NCBI GenBank assembly: GCA_964367055.1
Contig: CAYIWD010000003.1
Span: forward strand, 1 to 38,580
Direction of reading: 5' to 3'
DNA length: 38,580 nucleotides
Source of the DNA: an uncultured Candidatus Saccharibacteria bacterium
GTDB lineage: Bacteria > Patescibacteriota > Minisyncoccia > UBA6257 > UBA9933
Within the stretch, counting starts at the first letter, position 1, and each line of letters opens with the position of its first letter. Shown here one piece after another: positions 16,796 to 25,905 of the stretch. A program made the translations under genes and the position numbers. The notes beneath the pieces are model-generated. The model did not search any database and was not told where the DNA came from. It was given only the letters and a program-made list of their open reading frames with translations.

Positions 16796-18529
16796 TCACA
16801 TTCTTTCCAAAACATCAATACCCAATAATTTTAACCCGTTCTTGATAATTAAACTCGCGGCTTCAATTAAAGCGAGCCGCGCTTGCCGCAAATTTTCCTG
16901 TGCTTTTAAAACTGGTGTTGTTTCGTAAAATAAATTCACTTTTTCAGCCAAGCGAAGAAGATAATCAGTCAAGCGATTGGGCTCGTATGATTTGGCTGAT
17001 TTTTCAACTACTTCTGGAAAATAAAGTAAGTGGGAAAGTACTGCTAATTCTTCTTTGGTATTTAAAAGCGAAGAATTAAATTTTTTAGCGCGATTTTTCC
17101 CAGCTTTTCTTAAAATGCTTTTTAGTCGGCTATAAGTATATTGAATATATGGCGCAGAAGCGCCTTTTAAATTCAGCATTTTATCCCAGTCAAAAATAAT
17201 GTCTGAAAGCCGATTTTGCGATAAATCAAAAAATTTCACGGCGCCGATGCCGACAACTTTAGCAATTTTTTGTTTTTCTTTTTTTGGCAAATCGGGGTTT
17301 AATTTTTCAACCAGTTTTAAACTGCGTCCAACCGCCTCTTTTAAAACGTTTTCTAATGGAATCAATTTACCCTCGCGAGTAGCGAATTTCTTGCCTTCTT
17401 GCCCCAAAATCATTCCAAATTTAACGTGTCCTAATTGCCCGGGCTTAGCAAAACCAAGCAGTTCAGCGCAACGAAAAACCTGCTGAAGATGAAATGTTTG
17501 CTGATTTGCCGCCACATACAGAATTTTATCCGCTTTCCATTTTTTGATTCGGTGGCGAATCGCCGCTAATTCGCGTGTGGTATAAATTGTGGCGCCGTCG
17601 GATTTTTGAATGATTTCCGGGGTGGCGCTTTCAGGAATTGGGATTATTACAGAGTCATCTTCGCCAATTTTGGCGATTTTTCGTTCAACTGCACTTTTTA
17701 CAAGCGTTTTCAATTCTGACTCGTAAAAACTCTCTGGAATTGTGTTTTCAATTTTAACGCCGAGAATTTTATAGACCCGTTCAAAATCTTTCATTGATTC
17801 TTTGGAAAACCATTTCCAGAGTTTTAAATTTTCTTTGTCGCCGTTCTCTAGTTTTTTGAATTCGTTTCTGCCATTGTCAAGAAGTTTGGGGTCGTTTTTA
17901 GCGGCCTCGGAAAATTTGACGTATAAATTTAATAATTCTGAAATCGGGTCTTTTTTTATTTTTTCAGGGTCTCCCCATCTTTTATAACCGGCAATAAGTA
18001 AACCAAATTGAGTGCCCCAGTCGCCGGGGAAAGAAAGCGAAATTACTTTGTAGCCATAAAATCGCAAAATATTAACTAATGTTTGGCCAATGATTGTAGC
18101 GCTTAAATGATGAATGCCTAGTGGCTTGGCGATATTAGGAGAGGAGTATTCTATAACAATAGTTTGTTTTTTATTTTCACCCTCACCGAATTTGTCTTTT
18201 TTATTTAAGATTTCTTTTAAATTTTCCGCTAAATATTCTTGGCTAATAAAAAAATTTATAAATCCCGGGGCCGCAACTTCAATTTTTTCAAAAAAATTTT
18301 TTGGCGCGATTTTATTCACGGAATCAACAACCCTTCGTGCTATATCCATCGATGTTAATTTATCCGCGTTAATCTGCGTGTTATCTGCGAAAATCCGCGT
18401 ATTGCGCAATTTTAGCGCAATGTTAGTGGAATAATGCCCGAATTTCTCGTTTTCCGGCACAAAAACTTCCACAGGGATTTTATCTCCGATGACTTTTTTA
18501 AGGTAATCCTCTATTTTTGATTTAATCAT
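16796..18529 (-). CDS. argS: arginyl-tRNA synthetase
   Basis: GHYSTNIA, GFINF, EYSSPNIAKPL, GDWGTQFG, KSDG, YIQYTYSR and LGI..LERM motifs. Confidence 0.96.
   Translation of the reverse strand: MIKSKIEDYLKKVIGDKIPVEVFVPENEKFGHYSTNIALKLRNTRIFADNTQINADKLTSMDIARRVVDSVNKIAPKNFFEKIEVAAPGFINFFISQEYLAENLKEILNKKDKFGEGENKKQTIVIEYSSPNIAKPLGIHHLSATIIGQTLVNILRFYGYKVISLSFPGDWGTQFGLLIAGYKRWGDPEKIKKDPISELLNLYVKFSEAAKNDPKLLDNGRNEFKKLENGDKENLKLWKWFSKESMKDFERVYKILGVKIENTIPESFYESELKTLVKSAVERKIAKIGEDDSVIIPIPESATPEIIQKSDGATIYTTRELAAIRHRIKKWKADKILYVAANQQTFHLQQVFRCAELLGFAKPGQLGHVKFGMILGQEGKKFATREGKLIPLENVLKEAVGRSLKLVEKLNPDLPKKEKQKIAKVVGIGAVKFFDLSQNRLSDIIFDWDKMLNLKGASAPYIQYTYSRLKSILRKAGKNRAKKFNSSLLNTKEELAVLSHLLYFPEVVEKSAKSYEPNRLTDYLLRLAEKVNLFYETTPVLKAQENLRQARLALIEAASLIIKNGLKLLGIDVLERM
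18361..18401. repeat. 10-mer-type tandem array in argS
   Basis: TATCCGCGTT AATCTGCGTGT TATCTGCGAA AATCCGCGTA, encoding TRIFADNTQINADK. Confidence 0.8.
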
Positions 18530-18612
18530 TATATTTAGTTTAATTCATTTGCCTGGGAAATTAAAGATTTAATAAAAAAGAAGATAATGGCTATTGTATT
18601 AAAGTAAAAATA

Positions 18613-18645
18613 AAGGGCTAAAATACATTACTGCATTTAGCCCTT
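18613..18645 (-). terminator. intrinsic terminator
   Basis: AAGGGCTAAA...TTTAGCCCTT 10-bp stem with a T-rich tail on the minus strand. Confidence 0.7.
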
Positions 18646-18670
18646 GAATGAATCCTGATGTGGCTGGAGT

Positions 18671-19168
18671 TCAAATTAAAATCTTATGGTTGCGTCCCTC
18701 TTTCTCTTGAATGTCTTCTATCACCTGTCTTAACTTAGTGAGGCGTTTTAGCTCGACGTGGGCTTCTTTGAGCTCATCTCTTACCTTTTTGAGCTCAATT
18801 TCTAATCTTTTTGCCCTGCCCCCATTAGCTTCAGCTTGGCGTTTAAATTGTCGTTCAAAACACCGTTTGACTTCCTGGAGATGGTGGTCGAGTTTTTCCA
18901 ATAGCGCTTTGTTTTTATCAGCCATAGATTCTTTAGTCTCCACCTTCGGCACCGAAAGCCGCTTCAGGTGCATATATACCGCATTCTTTGACCTTTCAAT
19001 TCCATCAACCTCCCTTAGCCGCTGAGATAATTCTTCCATCTCAGCTTTTTTAAATTGTCCTGTATTCCGTTTGCTTAAATAGTCAGAAAGAAATTCTTTC
19101 TCTTCCGGGGTTAGCCCTTTTCCCACTCTTTTTTTGGGCACCTCAACCTGTCCATTTTTTGTTTCCAT
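18671..19168 (-). CDS. hypothetical protein, possible N-terminal HTH plus C-terminal coiled coil
   Basis: Own promoter, SD TAAGGAGG and terminator. Highly charged heptad-rich C-terminal half. Confidence 0.75.
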   Translation of the reverse strand: METKNGQVEVPKKRVGKGLTPEEKEFLSDYLSKRNTGQFKKAEMEELSQRLREVDGIERSKNAVYMHLKRLSVPKVETKESMADKNKALLEKLDHHLQEVKRCFERQFKRQAEANGGRAKRLEIELKKVRDELKEAHVELKRLTKLRQVIEDIQEKEGRNHKILI

Positions 19169-19212
19169 TTGGTTCCCTCCTTATGATTTTATTTAAATCT
19201 ATTTCTTTACTT

Positions 19213-19241
19213 ACAATATCACCTCAATAAACATTTGTCAA
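19213..19241 (-). promoter_or_regulatory. sigma70-type promoter
   Basis: TTGACA-17 bp-TATTGT upstream of the 165-aa ORF. Confidence 0.7.
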
Positions 19242-19278
19242 ATTGAAAATTAAAATGTATGATAAGTATTAAGAAACT

Positions 19279-19725
19279 ATGAAAGATATTACTTTCAACC
19301 GTAGAGCTTTATATGATTATGAGATTTTAGAAATACTTGAGGCGGGTATTGAATTGAAAGGATTTGAAGTCAAATCCATTAAAACCGGCAGGATAAATCT
19401 GGCGGGTGCTTATGTTATTATCCGCGATAATCAGGCCTGGCTTTTAAATTCCGACATTCCCGCTTATCAGCCGAAAAATACGCCAGATGATTATAATTCC
19501 AAAAGAACCCGGAGGCTTTTGATTAAAAAATCGGAAATCAAAAACTTAATAGGCCGTGTTCAGGAAAAAGGCTTGACTTTGTTGCCTTTAAAAGTATATA
19601 CTAAGGGTAAGTCTGGTAGGATAAAGATAGAAATCGGCTTAGGAAAAAGCCGTAAAAAAGCCGACAAGAGAGAATTGATAAAAAAAAGGGAAGTTGAAAG
19701 GGAAATAAAAAGAATGGGAATGTAA
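19279..19725 (+). CDS. smpB: SsrA-binding protein
   Basis: NRRA..DY, EAGIEL.GFEVKSI, R.RRLL and G.....DKR motifs. Adjacent to tmRNA. Confidence 0.97.
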   Translation: MKDITFNRRALYDYEILEILEAGIELKGFEVKSIKTGRINLAGAYVIIRDNQAWLLNSDIPAYQPKNTPDDYNSKRTRRLLIKKSEIKNLIGRVQEKGLTLLPLKVYTKGKSGRIKIEIGLGKSRKKADKRELIKKREVEREIKRMGM

Positions 19726-20076
19726 TGTTTCGATGGCAGCACTTTTATAAAATTGCAAGTTGAGGACGATTCGTTACCTCATTAATCACCGAATCAAAAT
19801 CATAAGTGTCAACAAAAATTTGACTCCTGCTTTCGCTTTTGCCTAAGCGGCATCCCTTATTAATCGCTCAAGTTGATAAGAAGGGTGTTATACTTTGAGC
19901 TTACTCGTTGGGGTTTTACCAATTTTAACGAGGAAAATTTCAGGTAGAGAATTTGGAGGGTTTTGCTAAATTTTAACTTCTAAATTCTTCCGCCAGTTGG
20001 CGGATTCTAATTTAGCTAAACTTGTAGAGATTTTATAAATTTATTGTCAGACGCGGGTTCAACCCCGCCATTTCCA
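19716..20076 (+). ncRNA. ssrA: tmRNA, tag (A)VNKNLTPAFAFA* at 19808-19846
   Basis: Acceptor GGGAATG/CATTTCC-A with G3:U70, T arm GCGGG-TTCAAC-CCCGC, and a tag ORF after ATAAGT ending in AFAFA. Directly follows smpB. Confidence 0.92.
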
Positions 20077-20094
20077 CTAAAAAATTTAAATTAT

Positions 20095-20598
20095 ATTATT
20101 AATTACAAAATTAACAATCAGATAATATCTGTTGAGCTCAGAGTCGTTGACGAAACAGGCGAAAACCTGGGAATTATGCCGCGCGAGGCGGCATTAAAAT
20201 TGGCCGAAGATAAAGGATTGGACTTGATTGAAATTTCAGCAGTCGCTAAACCGCCAGTTGTAAAAATTATTAGTTTTGATAAGTTTCGCTATCAGCAAGA
20301 AAAAGAAGCCAAAAAGCAAAAAGCAACGCGAAAATTCAGCGAATTAAAACAAATCCAATTGAGCGCCAGAGCCGCCAAAAACGATTTAGAAATTAAGGTA
20401 AAAAAGCTTGAGGAATTTTTGGAAAAAGGTCATAAGGTTGAAATCTTTCTTCGGCTTAAGGGCAGAGAAAAATACAACAGAAATTGGGCTAGGTATAAAT
20501 TGGAAGAATTTTTGAAAATGATTAGCGTGGAATATAAAATTACTCTGGAGCCAAGATTTGGTGGACAGGGAATGGTGATGCAGGTGGTTAAGAAATAG
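20095..20598 (+). CDS. infC: translation initiation factor IF-3, probable ATT start
   Basis: INNQI...LRVVD, LDLIEIS...PPVVKI and F...GH.V...RLKGRE motifs. No ATG/GTG before the conserved N-terminus; in-frame ATT ATT at 20095-20100. infC characteristically uses AUU. Exact start uncertain. Confidence 0.9.
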   Translation: MINYKINNQIISVELRVVDETGENLGIMPREAALKLAEDKGLDLIEISAVAKPPVVKIISFDKFRYQQEKEAKKQKATRKFSELKQIQLSARAAKNDLEIKVKKLEEFLEKGHKVEIFLRLKGREKYNRNWARYKLEEFLKMISVEYKITLEPRFGGQGMVMQVVKK

Positions 20599-20600
20599 GC

Positions 20601-20656
20601 AGAGCGCAAAGCGCTTATCGCTAACCGATTTGCGCTTAGCGATTTGCGATTTGCTA
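20601..20656. repeat. 8 x 7-mer degenerate array filling the infC-rpmI spacer
   Basis: AGAGCGC AAAGCGC TTATCGC TAACCGA TTTGCGC TTAGCGA TTTGCGA TTTGCTA. Confidence 0.75.
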
Positions 20657-20660
20657 ATTT

Positions 20661-20837
20661 ATGCGCAAAAGTATTTCTAAACGTTTCAAAATTACTAAAA
20701 CTGGAAAAATTTTAAGGCGGGCAATGGCGCAAAGCCATTTTTTGGCAAAAAAGAGAGGTATTCAGATTAAACGCAAAAAATTATTCCGAGGACTTGATTC
20801 CGGGAAACAAATTATTAATAAATATAAAGGATTATGA
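20661..20837 (+). CDS. rpmI: 50S ribosomal protein L35 (58 aa, absent from the ORF track)
   Basis: Manual translation MRKSISKRFKITKTGKILRRAMAQSHFLAKK... Lies between infC and rplT, with an ATGA overlap to rplT. Confidence 0.93.
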   Translation: MRKSISKRFKITKTGKILRRAMAQSHFLAKKRGIQIKRKKLFRGLDSGKQIINKYKGL

Positions 20838-21181
20838 CTAGAGTTAAACGAGGAAAAATCGCTCACAAAAAAAGAGAAAGGCTATTGAAATATACCAAAG
20901 GTTTTAAGTGGGGAAGAAAGTCAAAAGAGAGAGCGGCCAAAGAAGCTTTGCTTCACGCATGGACTAATGCATTTCGCGGTCGCAAACAAAAAAAGCGTGA
21001 TTATCGTCGCTTGTGGGAAACGCAGATTAACGCCGGCGCGAGAGCGAACGGTTTAAATTACAGTAAACTTATTTCTGGTTTAAAAAAGCAAAATATTATT
21101 CTTGACAGAAAAATTTTGGCGGATTTAGCGGCAAGCGAGCCCGAAATTTTTAGCCTTATCGTGGATAAGGTTAAATCTTAA
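20834..21181 (+). CDS. rplT: 50S ribosomal protein L20
   Basis: MTRVKRG, R.QKKRDYRRLW..QINA and LDRKILADLA motifs. Confidence 0.98.
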   Translation: MTRVKRGKIAHKKRERLLKYTKGFKWGRKSKERAAKEALLHAWTNAFRGRKQKKRDYRRLWETQINAGARANGLNYSKLISGLKKQNIILDRKILADLAASEPEIFSLIVDKVKS

Positions 21182-21189
21182 AAAATCGA

Positions 21190-21639
21190 TTAACGATTTT
21201 GAATATTTTTTCGGCGAAGGAATTCATATGCTTGTATCAAAACTCTTTGGCTATCTTTGTGTCTGCTTAAAATTTTTAACGCCTCGCGATAAGTGAACCA
21301 CGCGTATCCTTCGTGTTCAGAAGAAATTCGCACATCAATTTTTGCGGTTTCGGCCAAATAAAAAATCACGATTTTGAAAATTTTTACATTTTTATTTTCA
21401 AGCCGACGCCAAAAGACAAATTTTTCATACACCTTGAAATCTTTTTTGAATTTCAAATCAGATAGCCGAAGCCCAGTTTCTTCGTGAATCTCCCTAACAG
21501 CTGCTTGCCAGCTTTTTTCCTCGCTTTGAATTTTGCCTTTGGGAAAATTCCAATACCCGCGGCCGTGATAAAGAATTAGAAACCTTGGTCCTTCAATAGT
21601 TTTACGATAAATAATAATACCAGCGGAAATTTCTCGCAT
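21190..21639 (-). CDS. NUDIX hydrolase, Ap4A-hydrolase-like
   Basis: SAGIII, WNFPKG...E....AAVREIHEETGL and SSEH..Y.W motifs. Confidence 0.88.
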   Translation of the reverse strand: MREISAGIIIYRKTIEGPRFLILYHGRGYWNFPKGKIQSEEKSWQAAVREIHEETGLRLSDLKFKKDFKVYEKFVFWRRLENKNVKIFKIVIFYLAETAKIDVRISSEHEGYAWFTYREALKILSRHKDSQRVLIQAYEFLRRKNIQNR

Positions 21640-21640
21640 A

Positions 21641-23371
21641 TTATTTCAACATTTTTAACATTTTATCCATTGGCCAAGTATTAATAATATCTTTTTTTTC
21701 AGCCCAGCCGCGACGGGCTTGGGAAACGCCGAAATCCATAAGTTTTAAATGGTCTATGTGGTGGCTGTCAGTATTAATTACCATTTTTATACCCATTTGC
21801 TTGGCTTTTTTGATATTAATATCTTTCAAATCCAATCTATCCGGAGAAGAATTAATTTCTAAAACCGTATTAGTTTGTTTTGCGACTTCTAAAATTTCAT
21901 CAAAATCAACTTCGTATTCGTCTCTCTTTTTTAAAATTCTGCCAGTCGGGTGAGAAATAATATCTACATTTTTGTTTTTCATCGCGATTATAATTCTTTT
22001 GGTCATTTTACTTTCAGGCATTTTCATCTGCGAATGAACGCCGGCAATAACAAAATCCATTTCTGCTAAAGTTTTATCATCAATATCAATTGAGCCGTCG
22101 CTTAAAATATTGGCTTCGCAACCTTTCAATACGCGGAATTTTAAATTTTCAATTTTAAATTTTAAATTAATTTCGTCAATTTTCTTATTTCGCGCGAGCA
22201 ATTGTTTTTCATCCAAACCGTGTTCAATTCTTAAAAATTTTGTGTGATCCGAAACGCCAATATATTGATAGCCCATTTTTTGAGCCACTTCCGCTAATTC
22301 TTTAATAGAGTTTTCGCCGCCATTCCAATTCGAATGAACATGTAAATCGCCTAAAATGTCACCATAGTTGATGAGTTTTGGCAGGTCGTTAGCTTGTCGA
22401 AGGGCGCTTTCAATTTCTCCGGTATTTTCGCGCAATTCCGGCTCAATATAATCCATTTTCAAAGCAGAATAAATCTCTTTTTCGGTTTTACCGGCAATCA
22501 TTTTTGAACCGCGGAATAATCCATATTCATTTAATTTCAAACCCTTATCAATGGCAATTTTCCTTAAAACAATATTATGTTCTTTTGAACCGGTGAAATA
22601 TTGAAGTCCTGAACCGAATTGTTTTTCTGGTAAAATTCTTAAATCCGCGTCAAAGCCCTCATTTAATCTAATTGATGCTTTGGTCGGTCCTTTGCCCCAA
22701 ATTTTTATAACTCCCGGCATTGAGACAAAATAATCAATAATCTTTTTGGGATTAGAGCTGGTAGCTAAAATATCCACATCGCCAATAGTTTCTTTTCTGC
22801 GCCTGACCGAACCAGCTTCAGAAATTTGTTTAATCTCTTTTAATTGTTTTAATTTTTCAATAATTTCGTGAACTTTGGGCAAAATTTCGCCTAGCAAAAA
22901 TCTGCCCTTGCTCCTTTTCAAGAATTTAATACTTTCTAAAATATTCTGTTCAGTTTTTTCTCCGAAATTTTCTATTTTTCTGATTTTTCCGGCTTTAGCA
23001 TTTTTTTCTAAATCATCAAGATTTTTTATTTTTAGATTTTTATACAGGTCTCTAACCATCTTTGGCCCAATGCCCTCAACGGAAGTCAGTTCTTCAAGGT
23101 TAACCGGCATTTTATGTTTTAGGTTTTCATATTCTTTAATTTTTCCCGTTTTAATATATTCAATAATTTTTTCCGCTAGGTTTTCGCCAATACCGGGAAT
23201 TTCTTTTAACGCTTTAATTCCGCCTTTTTTATAAATATCTTCAACATCTTCTGATAAGGTTTCCAAATTCAAGGCCGCCTTTTCATACGCTTGCGGCTTA
23301 AAAGCAACATCTTGCATTTCAAGATAAGTAGCGATTTCTTGAAATATTTTAGCTATTTCTTGATTGGCCAT
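21641..23371 (-). CDS. polX: DNA polymerase X with PHP domain
   Basis: HhH IPGIG, GSVRR.KETIGDVD, YFTGSKEHN, and PHP motifs DLHVHS, SDH, SHPTGR, TDSHH. Confidence 0.95.
   Translation of the reverse strand: MANQEIAKIFQEIATYLEMQDVAFKPQAYEKAALNLETLSEDVEDIYKKGGIKALKEIPGIGENLAEKIIEYIKTGKIKEYENLKHKMPVNLEELTSVEGIGPKMVRDLYKNLKIKNLDDLEKNAKAGKIRKIENFGEKTEQNILESIKFLKRSKGRFLLGEILPKVHEIIEKLKQLKEIKQISEAGSVRRRKETIGDVDILATSSNPKKIIDYFVSMPGVIKIWGKGPTKASIRLNEGFDADLRILPEKQFGSGLQYFTGSKEHNIVLRKIAIDKGLKLNEYGLFRGSKMIAGKTEKEIYSALKMDYIEPELRENTGEIESALRQANDLPKLINYGDILGDLHVHSNWNGGENSIKELAEVAQKMGYQYIGVSDHTKFLRIEHGLDEKQLLARNKKIDEINLKFKIENLKFRVLKGCEANILSDGSIDIDDKTLAEMDFVIAGVHSQMKMPESKMTKRIIIAMKNKNVDIISHPTGRILKKRDEYEVDFDEILEVAKQTNTVLEINSSPDRLDLKDINIKKAKQMGIKMVINTDSHHIDHLKLMDFGVSQARRGWAEKKDIINTWPMDKMLKMLK
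22137..22168. repeat. heptamer array in polX
   Basis: AATTTTA AATTTTC AATTTTA AATTTTA AATT, encoding NLKFKIENLKF. Confidence 0.65.
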
Positions 23372-23385
23372 TAGTTAAAAAGTTT

Positions 23386-25905
23386 TTAGATAAATTCCAC
23401 TTCGTTATTATTCAAGATTACCTTAGCGCTGCCACCCTTGGTAATTTCTCCTTTTAAAATTTTTTCCGCTAAGGGACCGCGGATTTTATCGGAAATTACG
23501 CCGCGAAGTGGCCTGGCGCCAAAAACCGGGTCATAGCCTAAAGTAGCGATTTTTTTAATCACCTCATCTGCAAAAACTAAATTAATTCCCTGGACTTCGG
23601 AAACGGTTTGCGATAAATCATCAAGTTGGAGTTTGGCAATAGTTTCAATGTTAGAAGGGGAAAGAGTTTTAAAAACAATAATGTCGGAAAATCGGTTAAG
23701 CAACTCAGGTTTGAAATAATCAGTCAATTTTTTCTTTAATTCCTCGGTGATTGTTTCAAAGGGCGTGTGCGCTTCAAGATGGGTTTTAATAAATTCCGAG
23801 TGGGCGTTGGAAGTGGCAATAATTATAGTATTGGTAAAATCAATTGTTCTGCCTAAGTTATCAGTCAACCTACCATCGTCAAAAACTTGTAAAAATAAAT
23901 TTAAAATATCAGGATGAGCTTTTTCAAATTCATCTAAAAGAATAAGAGAATAAGGTTTTTGGATAACGGACTCGGTCAAATTGCCGGCGATTTTTCCGTC
24001 AGGCGAACCGATAAATCTAAAAATACTTTGTTTGTCTTGATATTCCGACATATCAAATCTAAGCATCATATTTTCCGAGCCAAACTGGATTTTCGCCAGA
24101 ATTTTTGTCAGTTCGGTCTTGCCTACTCCCGTAGGCCCGACAAAAAGAAATACCGCGATTGGCCCGCCTTTGCGGCTCAATCCGCTGCGATATTCGCGAA
24201 GCGCTTGAGACACAGATTTTACCGCTTCTTCTTGGTCAACTAACTTTTGGTGAATTATATTTTCAAGATTCAATAATTTTTCCGCCTCTTTTTTAGTGGC
24301 TTGATGAATGGGAATATTGGTTTTTCGTTCGGCAATAGCAATAATATCGTCGGCTTGTAAAAGCTTGTCATCGCGTTGACTGGCGTCGGCTAATGCTTCT
24401 TTTAAGAGTTCTTCGGCGCTTGAAGGAAGCAACTTTTGCCGAAAATATTTATGCGCTAAAACAACTGCCTGTTTAATAGCGCCAAAACTAATAATAACCT
24501 TATATTGATTTTCTAAAATAATACCGTCATAAGTTAAAAGCTTAACCGCTTCATCTTCGCTGATTTCATTAATTCTAATAATTTCAAAGGCATTGCTAAA
24601 ATCGCTTTTGGTTTCAATAATTTCTTTGAATTCTCTGGGATAAGTGGCGCCGACTACCGGAAAAGCATCGCTAGTAATTATTGGGATAAGGATATCAGCC
24701 GCGTTTAAATATTGCATACCCGAGGTTTTAGACAAATTGTGGATGTCTGGAATATATAGAATAATGTTGCCGGCAGTAATAATTTCTTCAATAATTTTAT
24801 TGACTCGGGATGAAACCTCTTCGACTGAAGCGCCGGAAATCAGATTGCCGACCGACAAGGATACTAACCTTTTATCAAAAAGAGAGTTTGGCACTTTGTC
24901 TTTAACCAGCTCATATGCCAAATGATTAATTATAGTTTCTTTGCCGCTGCCGGGCTCGCCAACTAAAATAACATTGGGTTTGCTTATTTGCGATAAAACA
25001 TCAACTATTCGGTCATATTCAACAGTATGGCCAATCAAAAAACCAATTTGTTCTTCTCTGGCTAAATCCGTAAAATCACTGCTGTATTTATCGAGATTTG
25101 GCGTGGGCCTCGCGGTCCAGGCCCGATTCATGAAACGATGTCTAATTTTATAAGGCCGATGGCTAAAGCCGCCCAAGACCATAGGCATTTTTTTTAGCCA
25201 GCTGAATTTTTTCTGAAATCGGCCAAAAATTAAAGCGTTTTCTAAATCTCCTGAGGCAATGGAAAAAAGATTAAATAGCCGGCTGATTTTTTCACTATTA
25301 ACATAACTCAAAGACGAGAAAAGATTGCGGGGCTCAATAAACCTTTCTGAATTATTCAAGCTTATCTTAAAAGCGGCTTTTACCAAAGCTTCAATTTGGT
25401 TGATTAAATCATTTTTGGATAATTTTTGAGGATTTTTTTGTGTCTCGTTAATTAACTCGTCAATTTTTTGCTCAAACTCTTTTATATTTACATCCATTCG
25501 CATAACACCTTTTTGTATGTCGTTATTTTTAATTAAAAATTTTGCTAAGTAAAGAAAGATATCGTTGCGGCTGACAATTGTTTTTTCCAGAGCTCGTTCC
25601 AGAACCAAAAGAGTTTTTGGAGCAAGATATGGAGTAATATTAATTTTTTGCCCAGTTTTAAATTTTAAATCAAGAAGCGATTTTTCTGCTTGGCCGAAAT
25701 GGATTAAGCGGTGAATTAAAAACAATAGACCTAAAATTCCTAACCAAAAAAAGAACTTAACATCAGATAATAAAAAAGTGGCAATAGCGACAGTGGTTAA
25801 GATATAAAAACAGTAAACAATCAGTCGCATTAAAGCTCTTTCAATAAGGGTCATCTTCAGTCGGGACTCGGAAAAATATAAATTATCAGTTAAATCGTTA
25901 GTCAT
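23386..25905 (-). CDS. ClpA/ClpB-family AAA+ ATPase with N-terminal transmembrane helices
   Basis: Walker A motifs GEPGSGKE and GPTGVGKT, plus RFDMSEY, LLDEFEKAHP and FGARPL. Two hydrophobic N-terminal segments. Confidence 0.9.
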   Translation of the reverse strand: MTNDLTDNLYFSESRLKMTLIERALMRLIVYCFYILTTVAIATFLLSDVKFFFWLGILGLLFLIHRLIHFGQAEKSLLDLKFKTGQKINITPYLAPKTLLVLERALEKTIVSRNDIFLYLAKFLIKNNDIQKGVMRMDVNIKEFEQKIDELINETQKNPQKLSKNDLINQIEALVKAAFKISLNNSERFIEPRNLFSSLSYVNSEKISRLFNLFSIASGDLENALIFGRFQKKFSWLKKMPMVLGGFSHRPYKIRHRFMNRAWTARPTPNLDKYSSDFTDLAREEQIGFLIGHTVEYDRIVDVLSQISKPNVILVGEPGSGKETIINHLAYELVKDKVPNSLFDKRLVSLSVGNLISGASVEEVSSRVNKIIEEIITAGNIILYIPDIHNLSKTSGMQYLNAADILIPIITSDAFPVVGATYPREFKEIIETKSDFSNAFEIIRINEISEDEAVKLLTYDGIILENQYKVIISFGAIKQAVVLAHKYFRQKLLPSSAEELLKEALADASQRDDKLLQADDIIAIAERKTNIPIHQATKKEAEKLLNLENIIHQKLVDQEEAVKSVSQALREYRSGLSRKGGPIAVFLFVGPTGVGKTELTKILAKIQFGSENMMLRFDMSEYQDKQSIFRFIGSPDGKIAGNLTESVIQKPYSLILLDEFEKAHPDILNLFLQVFDDGRLTDNLGRTIDFTNTIIIATSNAHSEFIKTHLEAHTPFETITEELKKKLTDYFKPELLNRFSDIIVFKTLSPSNIETIAKLQLDDLSQTVSEVQGINLVFADEVIKKIATLGYDPVFGARPLRGVISDKIRGPLAEKILKGEITKGGSAKVILNNNEVEFI

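Noticed and set aside
20044-20094. TTG-started N-terminal extension of IF-3
   Set aside because: It overlaps the tmRNA 3' end. An ATT start fits infC better.
22391-22405. GCCCTTCGACAAGCT (minus strand) in polX as a relic of a REP-like repeat
   Set aside because: It resembles a repeat I recall, but it is a single partial copy with no second arm in this window.
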